A DNA stretch of 63,599 bases, filler included, from Octopus bimaculoides (lineage: Eukaryota): NCBI RefSeq assembly GCF_001194135.2. It is 9 parts of 6 records of this genome, joined end to end, with 100 filler letters (N's around TTAATTAATTAA, not from the genome) between each part and the next. Parts side by side here need not be neighbours in the genome. Positions count along the whole stretch, not along the records: positions 17,984 to 30,088 come from NC_069008.1; positions 30,189 to 32,192 come from NW_026431560.1; positions 32,293 to 53,397 come from NC_068981.1; 6 more parts are not named here. The stretch is one strand, 5' to 3'. The notes beneath the pieces are model-generated. The model searched no databases and was not told the origin of the DNA. It was given only the letters and a program-made list of their open reading frames with translations. Of this stretch, positions 26,134-38,279 are shown one piece after another; position 1 is the stretch's first letter; every line of letters starts with the position of its first letter. The position numbers and the translations under genes are program-made.

Positions 26134-26561
26134 CACGGAACAGTTCTCAAAGAGAAACTGGACCGAGACAAATTATTGGGTATGAGTTAAAGCTATTTAT
26201 AACAAACTATGGGCTCCAAATGCCTTCAGAATTTTACTCCATCACGTGACCTTATTAGGGGCCGTGATTGGTCAGTTTGCGTTCTGGCGGGAACGGTTCG
26301 AAGAAGTTGCCGATTCGAATAATGATCAGTCACGTGATGGACAAGGAATGGGTTCTCTACTACGCTCGCATTTATTTATATTTAAATGAGAAGATTGTAT
26401 GTAATGGCGATAGTAGTTTGTATCTAATGGCGGGAGGTAGTTTCACTACATATATATATATCTGTAAATATAATATGTCACAATTATTTGGTAGCCATGA
26501 TAAAACTCCGAGTTTCAGACGTTGAGGCAGAAACCTGCACCGGCATCTCTTCAGTTATTGG
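26134..26561 (-). mobile_element. Inverted pLTR-like segment of a Penelope-like element
   Basis: CpG-rich segment with CCAAT, two CACGTG and TATAAATA on the minus strand, plus a hammerhead fold. It abuts a + strand PLE RT fragment. Confidence 0.55.
26500..26558 (-). ncRNA. Type I hammerhead ribozyme candidate (PLE-associated)
   Basis: Minus strand: AUAA-CUGAAGA-GAUG...GCAG guuu CUGC...CGUC-U-GAAA-CU cgg AG-UU-UUAU. Stems I, II and III all pair. Confidence 0.6.
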
Positions 26562-26903
26562 GCCATCAAAACATGGCATTATTAGTAAAGAAATTTTAGG
26601 AAAAATCAATCATGCAAAAGTCAGGAATGCTACTAGGTTAGTACAATGGTCCAATAGTATAGAAGTTGTTGACTGGTTTCAAGCCATTAAGGATGAGAAT
26701 AAAATGAGATTCACGAAATTCGATATTGTCGGATATAATCTTCCATGCTAGAAAGACTTTATTCTTCAGCTAGAATGCAGAGTGGGTCAAGACTACCGAT
26801 ACAGAGGGTGCTTTTGATGTGAGCATGGGGTCATATGATGGAGCAGGCCTATGCGATCTCATTGGACTATTCCTACTTGATACATTGAGCAAGACTTTTC
26901 CTG

Positions 26904-26905
<2 letters not shown>
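26562..26905 (+). mobile_element. Penelope-like element reverse transcriptase fragment
   Basis: PSKHGIISKEILGKINHAKVRNATRLVQWSNSIEVVDWFQAIKDENKMRFTKFDIV and FDVSMGSYDGAGLCDLIGLFLLDTLSKTF. QW.N...V.DWF, FDI and F.V.MGS.DGA are PLE RT motifs. Confidence 0.85.
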
Positions 26906-26964
<59 letters not shown>

Positions 26965-27247
26965 TATATATATATGGGAGAATTTACGAAAAAAACAACA
27001 ACAGACAAGGACAGGTGGTGTAAACAACAATTCTGCCAGCTCACTACCTTCAATAATAATAGTAATAATGATGATGATGGTTTCAAATTTTTGCATCAGG
27101 CCAGCAATTACATGAGTCGGGGCAAGTAGATTATATGAACCCCAGTGCTCAACTGGTAACTTATTTTATCAACACCAAAATGATGAAAGGTAAAGTCGAC
27201 TTCAGCAGNNNNNNNNNNCACTACATTAATAATAATAATAATAATAA

Positions 27248-27278
<31 letters not shown>

Positions 27279-28734
27279 AAGAAGAAGAAGAAGAAGAAGA
27301 AGAAGAAGAAGAAGAAGAAGAAGAAGAATGACAAATGTTCATCTGTTTCTTTTGTTTTATTTTATGTGGTAGGAGAAGAAAGAACTATATATAAAAACCA
27401 ACTAATGAATGTGTTTATGAGTTTATTTGTGTAACTCTTCTGAAATATAACAATATTGCTTGCAACAGATGGCTGTCAATCAAACTTCATGCATAACATA
27501 TTCAAAATTGAAAATTTTTATAGTTCTCTAATACTATGAGAATGTTCTTTGTTCCTGCTTTTGTTTGCACACTGCAAAGTAACTTACTTCTGTATGCTTA
27601 CACTCTTTCCCCATTGGCCACTTTAAAATGTCAAAGATTTGGTATTTCTTTTCTGCCTCCAGCCAAGGAGAGTTCAGCAGACGGCAGTAATTCTCATTGT
27701 GAAAATGATTGATATCACAAGAAGTGTTTTACGCAGTTTAATTTTAACATTGCAATCTATTTGTTATTGCATTTATTAATGTTAACAAATGTTGCAATTA
27801 AACACATTAGACAAAGGATAAACGTCTGTGGTAATTAAAACCAATTAGCAAAATGTTAATAAATGAGGCAAGCACAGGAGAGTTATACAGACAGCAGTAA
27901 TTTATCTTTGACATAAAGAGTGAGTTACACGTATTGTAAAATGTCAGATAGAAACATTTTATATTGTTTCCCCAAACCAAGAAAAATTTAATTCAATATT
28001 GCTTCTTAAGAGATTGGATTACTATTTTAGACTGAAATAAATGAAGTTAGACCATAACTGAGAATGTGTGGTTTATTACCAGTGTCAATGTTTAGCTTAG
28101 AAGTGTTATTCACTGCTTAAGGGACACGAATATGCATAAGTTGTTACTGTCATTTACTACAGGTGCCCATGTGCCCAGGAATATGGAGTATAGGGAGTTA
28201 AAGCAGGCCTCCTAAAATTTTGGGGGAATGCAAAATCAAAATTTGCATCCCTGCTTACTTTTCTAAACAGTGAATAAAAAGGGATCTGTAATGAACAAGC
28301 TTGAAGTTAAATTTCTTCTCAAAGAACAGAGAACAAAAATAAATAAAAATAGAAAAAAGCAATAAGACCTTGTTTGTAAGAAATGTTGGACCTGGGTTTG
28401 CATCCCGCAAGCAAATTTCGTTCCCAAGCCAGTGCAGTTGCCAAAGTCAGATTTTCTGGGTTACCTGAGACATAAGAAAATAGACTTTCCACAGCTGTGG
28501 TAGGTCCTTCCTCCTATTTGTGGCACTCTGGTTATCTCTTATCTTTTACTTGTTTCAGTCATTTGACTGTTACCATGGTGGGTCACTTCCTTGAAGGGTT
28601 TTCAGTTGAACAAATCAACTCCAGGACTTATTCTTTTTAAACCTGGCACTTATTCTGTTGGTCTCTTTTGCCAAACCGCTAAATTATAGGGACATAAGCA
28701 CACCAACAGAAGTTGTCAAGTGGTGGGGGACAAA

Positions 28735-28774
<40 letters not shown>

Positions 28775-30336
28775 TGTAGATAAGTATGTGGTGTGTGTGT
28801 GTGTGTGTGTATATATGTATGTATATATAGTGAGAATTTACAAAAAGCAAAAGACAAAGACAGGTGTGTAAAAGCATGTATATATATATATATATATATA
28901 CATGATGGACTTCTTTTAGTTCCCATCTAACAAATCCACTCACAAGGCTTTGGTCAGCTCAAAGCCATAGTAGAAGACACTTGCCCAAGGTGCAATGTAG
29001 TGGGAGTGAACCTGGAACCATGTGGTTGGGAAGTAGGCTTCTTACCACACAGCCATACCTATACCTATATAGAATATGGAACACTTCACAAATCTGCAGG
29101 TCATCCTTGTGCAGGTTCTGGAAAATCTCAAGGATTGTCCCATGAAATGATAAAATTTGAATTGCAAATCAGCCTTTTTGCTGCAGAATTCAGATTATCC
29201 ACTCCATTGCTTTTAACTGCAGAAAGCAGTTTTGTATACACAAGGGGTGTTGCAAAGTCCCTAGCTTTTAGATTATTGTGACAAGCCTAGTTGGAGGCCC
29301 AACCTTCTGAGTTCTTTTACAGAGCTTGAAAAGACTGTAGGACTACTGCGACAAGTGTGTAAATCTGGTGGGGGGGGGGGGGGTAATATGTTAAATAAAA
29401 CATTTAACTGATTTTCCTGTATTTTTTTTTACCCAAAGCCAGAAGCTTTACCGCTCCCCCTTACATATCAGTCTATCTTTTTTTGCGGTATATCATGCTT
29501 GACTATTTCTTGTTGAGATATGTAGAGTTTACTGAGGTAAAGTAACTTGTAGAAAATAACGATTCTGTTTTTTTGTTGATATTTAACATTATTATTTGAA
29601 CAACTATGAAATTTATTTTCACAGTGAGGGGTAACTAAAATCAATTTCTCAGAGGTTTAGTAATGGAATACATCAACTTAAACACAGAGTAAAGAGGCTG
29701 ACTAAGAATTAATGTTGAAACAGATGTGCCATTTTGCTGATTTGTTAAATTGCTATGGATGTTTCAATTACCACATTTGCTAAATTGTCAGTTTTAATAT
29801 ATGCATTTTGCAATAATAAATAAAGTTCATGGGGAAATTCAATAGTGCAGAATTCTTCTCAAAATCGTAAGTTTTTTTATGAAGTGAAATCACTGTAGTC
29901 TCTTGAAATATCCTCAGCAGGAGGTAAAAAAAAAAAGAGCTGGTAAGATGTTAGAAATATAAAAGTACAGCAGAACTGCAAAAAAGGCTGAACAGTTTTG
30001 CATACACATACATACATATATGCATGCATACATACACATATATATACAAAAATATATATATATAAACATATATATATATATATATATANNNNNNNNNNNN
30101 NNNNNNNNNNNNNNNNNNNNNNNNNNNNNNNNTTAATTAATTAANNNNNNNNNNNNNNNNNNNNNNNNNNNNNNNNNNNNNNNNNNNNGCGACGATCACA
30201 CGCTACACACCTTCCTTCCAAGCACTGCTGTAAACGGCAAGAGTGAGCTAGAACGTTGAAACTTAGTACGCATGCACAGCATCGTTCAAGGTCAATCTGA
30301 GAGCCAAGCGGCTTCACCCAGCCATGCCTTAGCTTC

Positions 30337-30350
30337 GTTACTATGGCAAC
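30337..30350. promoter_or_regulatory. RFX X-box motif (GTTACTATGGCAAC)
   Basis: Full match to GTTRCYATRGYAAC in a CpG-rich patch; may be carried by a repeat. Confidence 0.45.
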
Positions 30351-30469
30351 AGTCCGGATACTTATTGATCAGACCACGTACGTACGCACATACATAAACA
30401 CACACATATATATATACGCACAAACATATACAGGTGCATTGTAGTGGTCGAAGTCGAAGTGGTTTGCGA

Positions 30470-30503
<34 letters not shown>

Positions 30504-31299
30504 CGGTAGACCTGTTGATAGTGNNNNNNNNNNNNNNNNNNNNNNNNNNNNNNNNNNNNNNNNNNNNNNNNNNNNNNNNNNNNNNNNNNNNNNNNNNNNN
30601 NNNNNNNNNNNNNNNNNNNNNNNNNNNNNNNNNNNNNNNNNNNNNNNNNNNNNNNNNNNNNNNNNNNNNNNNNNNNNNNNNNNNNNNNNNNNNNNNNNNN
30701 NNNNNNNNNNNNNNNNNNNNNNNNNNNNNNNNNNNNNNNNNNNNNNNNNNNNNNNNNNNNNNNNNNNNNNNNNNNNNNNNNNNNNNNNNNNNNNNNNNNN
30801 NNNNNNNNNNNNNNNNNNNNNNNNNNNNNNNNNNNNNNNNNNNNNNNNNNNNNNNNNNNNNNNNNNNNNNNNNNNNNNNNNNNNNNNNNNNNNNNNNNNN
30901 NNNNNNNNNNNNNNNNNNNNNNNNNNNNNNNNNNNNNNNNNNNNNNNNNNNNNNNNNNNNNNNNNNNNNNNNNNNNNNNNNNNNNNNNNNNNNNNNNNNN
31001 NNNNNNNNNNNNNNNNNNNNNNNNNNNNNNNNNNNNNNNNNNNNNNNNNNNNNNNNNNNNNNNNNNNNNNNNNNNNNNNNNNNNNNNNNNNNNNNNNNNN
31101 NNNNNNNNNNNNNNNNNNNNNNNNNNNNNNNNNNNNNNNNNNNNNNNNNNNNNNNNNNNAGAATAGAGATGGCGGTGGCGATTGTGGTGCGCTGGTGGCG
31201 ATGGTTTTTTTAACCCCAGGCAGGTTAGATTTGATCGAGTAAATCTACGTTCAAAAGATATTGCGGTAACCAGACCGGATTCGTTTCGTATTTTGGATT

Positions 31300-31763
31300 C
31301 AGACATCGTGTATCTGGGAGTACATTATCTAATGTATCCTTCCTTGTTGTTGTTGTTGTTGTTGTTTAGCCCCAGGTCGGTCCTGATCCAGTAGACCTAT
31401 GATCAAAGATGTTCCAACTGTGAGCATCCTGTCTTTTATTCAGACATAGTGTATCTTGGACTACATTATATAATGTGTCCTTCCTCGTTGTTGTTGTTTA
31501 GCCCCAGGTCAGTCCTGATCCAGCAGACCTATGATCAAAAATGTCCCAGCTGTGACCATCCTGTCTTTTATTCTGACATAGTGTATCTAGGACTACATTA
31601 TCAAATGTATCCCTCCCTGTTATTACTGTTTAGCCCCAAGTCAGTCCTGATCCAAACAGACCTATGATCCAAGATGTTCTCGTAGTGACCACCCTGTCTT
31701 TTACTTTGACACAGTGTATCTAGGACTACATTATCTGATGTGTCCGTCTCCGTTGTTGTTACT
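31300..31763 (-). repeat. Tandem array (about 3.4 units of 130-140 bp) of a SINE 3' tail
   Basis: Units start near 31300, 31441, 31573 and 31708. A single copy of the same tail (ggtctgcttaattaggattgacctggggctaaacaacaacaa) is at 34050-34165. Confidence 0.85.
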
Positions 31764-31769
31764 TAATAA

Positions 31770-32060
31770 CCCATCCAATCTGTTCAGATCAGAAGCCGTG
31801 AGAGCCACTGCCTGGTACTGCATCTATTGTTATTTGATGGAAACTCACAGCTTATTTTTGCTGGGTTATGATGGAAAGTGCCAGATGCCCACAGCCAGCA
31901 GACTAAGGTGACACCTGTCTACTGGTGAGGCTTCAAAAACCATGCGAAGAATTCTTGCAGTTCCAAGCAATGCTGATTTTTGCAGGTATTGTACCTTGAC
32001 ATTTGTACCAATCTTTTTTGTGCCATGTTGGCAGTTGAGTGCTGATACTTCTAAGCTCAC
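31770..32060 (-). mobile_element. R4/NeSL-like element 3' end (C-terminus of the restriction-like endonuclease)
   Basis: KIGTNVKVQYLQKSALLGTARILRMVFE. Confidence 0.8.
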
Positions 32061-32292
32061 CAGTTACTATTGGTACCACGTCTGCTCACCTCATTGACAA
32101 CAACCTTCGCATTTCCCACTTCAAATCGTCATAGTTGCTCTTTTACTCTTTTACTTGTTTCAGTCATTTTGACTGCGGCCATGGTGGAGCACNNNNNNNN
32201 NNNNNNNNNNNNNNNNNNNNNNNNNNNNNNNNNNNNTTAATTAATTAANNNNNNNNNNNNNNNNNNNNNNNNNNNNNNNNNNNNNNNNNNNN

Positions 32293-32314
32293 CAGGAGAA
32301 ACCAAATTGTCAAG
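32293..32314 (+). CDS. ODAD3: ODAD3/CCDC151 exon, 3' end only (5' part lost in the gap)
   Basis: (S)GETKLS(R)|gtaatt, phase 2, joins in frame to 38123. Corresponds to human KYSGEATLVS. Confidence 0.7.
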
Positions 32315-32461
32315 GTAATTTGTGTGTTATATTGTAATTTGTGTTTGTAGGTTGTTATTGTCCTACCCAAGCAGTGGTGGCTTGTGCATAGGCACTGCGG
32401 AACTGCAGAACCCCATGTTTCCATCCAATATCAATAACATTCAATATAATGAGTCCTTTTT

Positions 32462-32862
32462 TTCTTTTACTCTTTTACTTGTTTCAGTCATTTGACTGTG
32501 GCCATGCTGGAGCACCGCATTTAGTCGAGCAAATCGACCCCAGGACTTATTCTTTGTAAGCCTAGTACTTATTCTATTGGTCTCTTTTGCCGAACCGCTA
32601 AGTTACGGGGACGTAAACACACCAGCATCGGTTGTCAAGCGATGTTGGGGGGAGAAAACACAGACACACAAACATACACACACACACACATATATATACA
32701 CACATATATACGATGAGCTTCTTTCAGTTTCCGTCTACCAAATCTACTCACAAGGCTTTGGTTGGCCTGAGGCTATAGTAGAAGAAACTTGCCCAAGGTG
32801 GGACTGAACCCAGAACCATGTGGTTGGTAAGCAAGCTACTTACCACACAGCCACTCCTACGC
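32462..32862 (-). mobile_element. tRNA-derived SINE family A, full length
   Basis: Complete head-to-tail match to the 2919 copy, with a small internal deletion. Confidence 0.9.
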
Positions 32863-33082
32863 CTTGTTAAGACTCTTTCTATAGGTATTTTATAGAAATA
32901 ATAGCCAGTACTGATTTGTTATGATGTTTCATATCCGAGTATACCTAATATAATCAACAATGAGATAGAAAATGGGACATGGATATTGGGTGTATATGCC
33001 CATTACCCATTTTTCATCTTTGGTGTCATTGTTGTTTCCATCAGGTGTCTCTGATATGAAATGTAACAAGTGATATAACTGT

Positions 33083-33311
33083 TACTCTTTTACTCTTTTA
33101 CTTGTTTCAGTCATTTGACTGCGACCATGCTGGAGCACCGCCTTCTTAGTTGAGCAAATCGACCCCAGGACTTATTCTTTGTAAGCCTAGTACTTATTCT
33201 ATCGGTCTCTTTTGCCGAACCGCTGGGTTACGGGGATGTAAACACACCAGCATCAGTTGTCAAGCGATGTTGAGGCGACAAACACAGACACAAACATATA
33301 CACACACATAC

Positions 33312-33342
<31 letters not shown>

Positions 33343-33508
33343 CACATATATACGACAGGCTTCTTTCAGTTTCCGTCTACCAAATCCACTCACAAGGCTT
33401 TGGTCAGCCCAAGGCTATAGTAGAAGACACTTGTCCAAGGTGCCACGCAATGGGACTGAACCTGAGACCATGTGGTTGGTAAGCAAGCTACTTACCACAC
33501 AGCCACTC
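33083..33508 (-). mobile_element. tRNA-derived SINE family A, full length
   Basis: Complete head-to-tail match to the 2919 copy. Confidence 0.9.
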
Positions 33509-33823
33509 TCTTTTCTAAAATAGTGTGTCTAAGATGGACCCCTGTTAAGTTGACTTTCTCTAGATGCACTACTTGAACCTTTCAATGATATCTTAATGAC
33601 CCAATTGAATGAGTTATGGAATTCAGCACAGTGCTTCCTGCTAATAATGGGTAATAATCTTATTGTTGTTGCTGCTAGGAGTGGGAAATATTGAAAGAGA
33701 AACACATGTTAATTTTGTCAAACAGATAGCAGTGGAAATGAATACATTAAAAGCTAGCTAGATAGATAGATAGACAGATAGCTAGACAGACAGATAGACA
33801 GACAGACAGATAAATAGAAATAG

Positions 33824-33948
<125 letters not shown>

Positions 33949-35229
33949 CTGTAATGGTTGCTCATTGTGCTAGATGTAGCAGTCAAATCTCCCTCGAATT
34001 TCATCCCACCACCTTCAAAGAAAAAAAAAACACATTTTGCACAAGTAGTCTTAGGTAACACAATGTCTGAGAAAAAGACAAAAGGACAGAATGGTCAAGT
34101 TCTAACAGTTTTTATCATAGGTCTGCTTAATTAGGATTGACCTGGGGCTAAACAACAACAAATATAACTAGTATAGTTACTGCTGCTACTACTACTAGTT
34201 CAGTTCTTAACCCATTAAGTCCCACTGTCCTATAAATAGGACACTAAACGAGAACATTAAATAAGCTATATCACATGGTCTTAGTGTTTTATTTATAGGA
34301 CACCGAGTATTTCCATTTCTACTAAGAGTAAAGGAGTTTTAATAATTATTTTTTCATTTTAACCTTTTTTCAATCATCTGTGAAAATTTAGAAGTAATAT
34401 TCAGAAACTTAAGTACTCTGGGACTTAATGGGTTGATGTGTTTATAATGGACTAACCGTGGTGAAAGCAGTGAACTGGCAGCATTTCTTCTAGCTTTATG
34501 TTCAGAGTTCAAATACTGCTGAAGTCAACTTGGCCTTTCATCCTATTGGGGGTTGAGAAAAAAGAAGGTACCACTTGAACACTGGGGTTGATGTAATTGA
34601 CAAGCTCCCTTCGCCCCAAATTTCAGTCTTTGTGCCTATTGTAGAAAGAAAAATCTCCTGGTTGAAAAAAAAATTTTCCCACTTCTATTCTATACAGTTG
34701 ACTTGCTGGAAATAGCAGCCAAATCTTCATCAAAATCTCACTCTGACTTAAAGAACATATTGGATAATGTAGAACCAGATTCATCTTTGATCATATGTCT
34801 GCTCGATCAGGGCAAACCACAGCTAAAAGCAACAATATCCATGATAACAGCTACAAAAATGAGCTAATGAGGCAACTTCTCTATAGTTACTTTACAGGCT
34901 AGAAATAGCATCCAAATCACCCTCAATCGGTACACTAGCATGTAAGGGAAGCTAAGAGTACATTAGACTGCAATAGTCCTACATAAAGCTCAGAAGCCAG
35001 GGTGGTCATGGCTGGAATGTATTCAATCATAGATTTCTTCAATCAGAATTGTGGCACAGGAATGGCTATGTGGTAAGAAGTTTGCTTCTGTACCACATAG
35101 TTCTGGGTTCTAGATTCAATCCCACTGCACAGCACCTTGGGCAAGTGTCTTCTACGATAGCCTCAGGCTCACCAAAGCTTTGTGAGTGGATTTGCTAGAT
35201 GGAAACTGAAAGAATCCTGTAATATATAT

Positions 35230-35570
35230 ATATTATAAAGAGTAAAGATCCCCCTTGGTCATGAATGATCATGGGATTGCACCTAGAAAGTTGCCCTCTG
35301 AGGCACAAGTCCAGGCAAGGTTGTTTATGGAAGACCAGCAGTCACCCATGCATACCAGCCTCCCCTCTCTATGCCACCGATATTATCCAAGGGAAAGGCA
35401 AAGGCAGATACAGCTTGGCACCAGTGACATTGTGACTCTTTTCTACAGTTAAGTGAACTGAAGCAACGTGAAATAAAGTATCTTGTTCAAGAACACAACT
35501 CACAGCCCAGTCTGGGAATTGAACTCACTACCTCATGATTGTGAGCCCAATGCTCTATTACTGAGCCATA
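35230..35570 (-). mobile_element. tRNA-derived SINE of a different family
   Basis: Minus-strand head tatggctcagtaatagagcattgggctcacaatcatgaggtagtgagttcaattccc has A-box and B-box features. Confidence 0.7.
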
Positions 35571-35586
35571 CATTTCTCTTTGGCTT

Positions 35587-35650
35587 TAGAGTCTGATGAC
35601 ACATCTGCGAAGCTATGGCCTTTTTGGATGTGAAACCATTCGTCACTCTA
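35587..35650 (+). ncRNA. Type I hammerhead ribozyme candidate, sense within an ODAD3 intron
   Basis: UAGAGU-CUGAUGA-C-ACAUC...GAUGU-GAAA-C cauuc G-UC-ACUCUA: 6-bp stem I, 5-bp stem II, 2-bp stem III and a GUC triplet. Confidence 0.7.
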
Positions 35651-35887
35651 TGACTTGATTAATATATATAATTCTATAACTTAATTAATATATTTCATTT
35701 TGGGATTTGGTTTGCAAGATTCTTTATGTGAGTGCATGTGCTGAAACATATTCTGTTGTGTCTGGGAAGAGTCATTCTCTTTTAATGCCTTATAATTTTA
35801 ACACATGCACTGGTAAAATTTCCACTTATTTCTTTTTTATTTTTCTAAAATTTTCGTTGCGTCTTGCAACCTTTTCAATAGTTTTGA

Positions 35888-35933
<46 letters not shown>

Positions 35934-36617
35934 TTATTTATTTATTTATGTATGTATGTATGCATGTATGTATACCAATGTGGCTGTGAGTGTATTTATG
36001 TTTGTTTCCTTGTCTTGACATTGCATGACAGTTGTAATATGATTGTCACTGTCATACAAGCAGTGCCATTCATTTCCAATATTCTGTAATGAACATATCT
36101 AGCCATGGAGAAATATTGTCACACTTGGAAACAGGTAAAGGTTGGTGGAAGGAAGGGCATTTTGCTGTAGAAAATCTACCTCAATAAACTTAGTCTGATC
36201 CATGCAAGCATGGGAAAGTGGACATTAAAATAATGTTGTTGTTGACGACGACGACAGTGATGATGATGAAGATGAAGAATTAGTCTGATGCTAGTCACTA
36301 CCACCACCACCACCACCAACAACAACAACATCATCATCATCATCAAATATATATATAAACATACAAGTTTCCAATTTCGCTAACACATATCAATATACTT
36401 ACACCTACAGATTTGTTTAAAAAAAATTTTTTGCTGGCTCATTTGTATTGTGTGAGAAATATCTTATGACCAGGTTGTGGGTGCTGGACATGGGAGTATA
36501 AGCATTTGATTGCTTCAATAACAGATGTTGTGAGACTGAAGAGGACGTGGGTGTAATTGAAGAATAAAAGGACCATAATGATTGTGTGTTAAGAGTCATG
36601 AGAAATGATTATTGTGA

Positions 36618-36650
<33 letters not shown>

Positions 36651-38122
36651 GGAGGATAGTGAAGAGTTGAGAAAAAAAAGTAAAATTATATGGAAAAAGA
36701 AGAGGTGTAACTATAAGAAAGAGTTGAAGAATCAGCAGGAAGGAAAGTGTAAGAGGAATAAACTGATGTTCTGTTTCTTTTTCTTTCACTGACTCTGAAT
36801 CTCTGTTTTTTTTTCTCTCTTCACACACACACACACACACACATTTATATATATGTGCTCATCATGAGTCAGAAAAGAAAAAAAAAAACAGACATTCATA
36901 TATTAGGTAATAGAATGTGCATATTATTATTATTGTTGTTATTATTATTGTTATTATTATTTATTTATTTGTTTGTTTGTTTGTTTAAGGTGACTAGCTA
37001 GCAGAATGGTTAGTACTCTGAACAAAGTGCTTTGTAGCATTTCTTCTGGTTTTATGTTCTGCATTCAAAATGCCATCAAGGTTGACTTTGCTTTTCATCC
37101 TTTCGGGGTCAATGAAAATAAGTACCAGCCAAACCCTGGGGTCGATGTATTCAACCATCTCCTCCCCTGTCTTGTGATAACCAATTAATGTCATTCATTA
37201 CTGAATAGTTTCATGCCAAAAGTGAAGAAGTAAGTTTTGCAATCATAGGACATGGCTGAATGGAAGGAGGTCATGTATGAATACATATTCTTTTATTTGT
37301 TTCAGTCATTAGACTGTGACCATGCTGGAGTATCATCTTGAAGAGTTCAGTCAATGAAACCACCCTAGTACTAATTTTAAATCTGGAAATTATTCTACTG
37401 GTCTCTTTTTGCTGGATCCCTTAGATATGGGAGCATAAAATCCCAACATCGGCTCTACAAACGCATGCACACATACAAATGCATTCATAATGGGATTTCT
37501 GCATAGTTTCTTTCTGACAGATTCATTCTCAAAGTGTTGAAGACACTTGCCAAAAATGTTATGCTGTGGGATTGAACCTGAAACCATGTGGTCGTGAAGT
37601 GAACTACACACATACTCAAAAACATGTGTCTTCTTGACCTGAGCAAATGTTATCTTTTTCTCGGCACATCAGCATTTCTAATAAGATTAATAATTTTTAG
37701 CACATTAAATATTTTAGCAGAAACTTAATTATTATATTTTTGCATAGATGGTGTTTCTGAGTAATTAGCATTGCTAATTTACACATCTGTCTGTCACCCT
37801 TGTTTTTCTTTCTTTCAATATTCGAGTGGAGGCAATAACAAATGACCGAGACCTTCAGTAATACACCATGCTTGAGTAGAAGACCCACCAAGCTATAGTT
37901 GTGGCAGATACTAGTGTCACGCAACTGGCACCTGTACCGGTGGCATGTAAAAGCACCCATTACACTTTTAGAGTGGCTGGCGTTTGGAAAGGCCATGCCA
38001 AATCAGACTGGAGTTTGGTGCAGCTCCTCAGCTTTGGTAAAACTGTCCAACCCATGGCAGCATAGACAACAGACGTTAAAAAATGATGATGATGATGAAT
38101 GTTGTTCATTATTTCTCTTCAG

Positions 38123-38279
38123 AGGACAAAGAATGCTTGAAGAATTCCAAGAGAAATTACAGGAAGAAGAAACTAGTAGGTCTGAAATTGAAAATAAACT
38201 GGAGAAAATGTCTAAAATCTTATTGCAAGTCAAATCTGGTATTGACCATCTTGCTGATAGACTCTCTCATCTAAAAACA
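38123..38279 (+). CDS. ODAD3: ODAD3/CCDC151 (outer dynein arm docking complex subunit 3) exon
   Basis: ttctcttcag|...|gtatgt. GQRMLEEFQEKLQEEETSRSEIENKLEKMSKILLQVKSGIDHLADRLSHLKT is coiled coil and matches human QQKLQAEAQERL...LEHLASKLIHI. Confidence 0.88.

Noticed and set aside
28160-28470. Minus-strand frame GNPENLTLATALAWERNLLAGCKPRSNISYKQ
   Set aside because: Weak donor, and the flanks resemble hAT/MITE subterminal sequence.
987-31306. ORFs containing long X runs
   Set aside because: They span N gaps and carry no information.
31300-31763. CRISPR-like repeat/spacer array
   Set aside because: The whole unit is repeated with no unique spacers, it is SINE-derived, and the context is eukaryotic.
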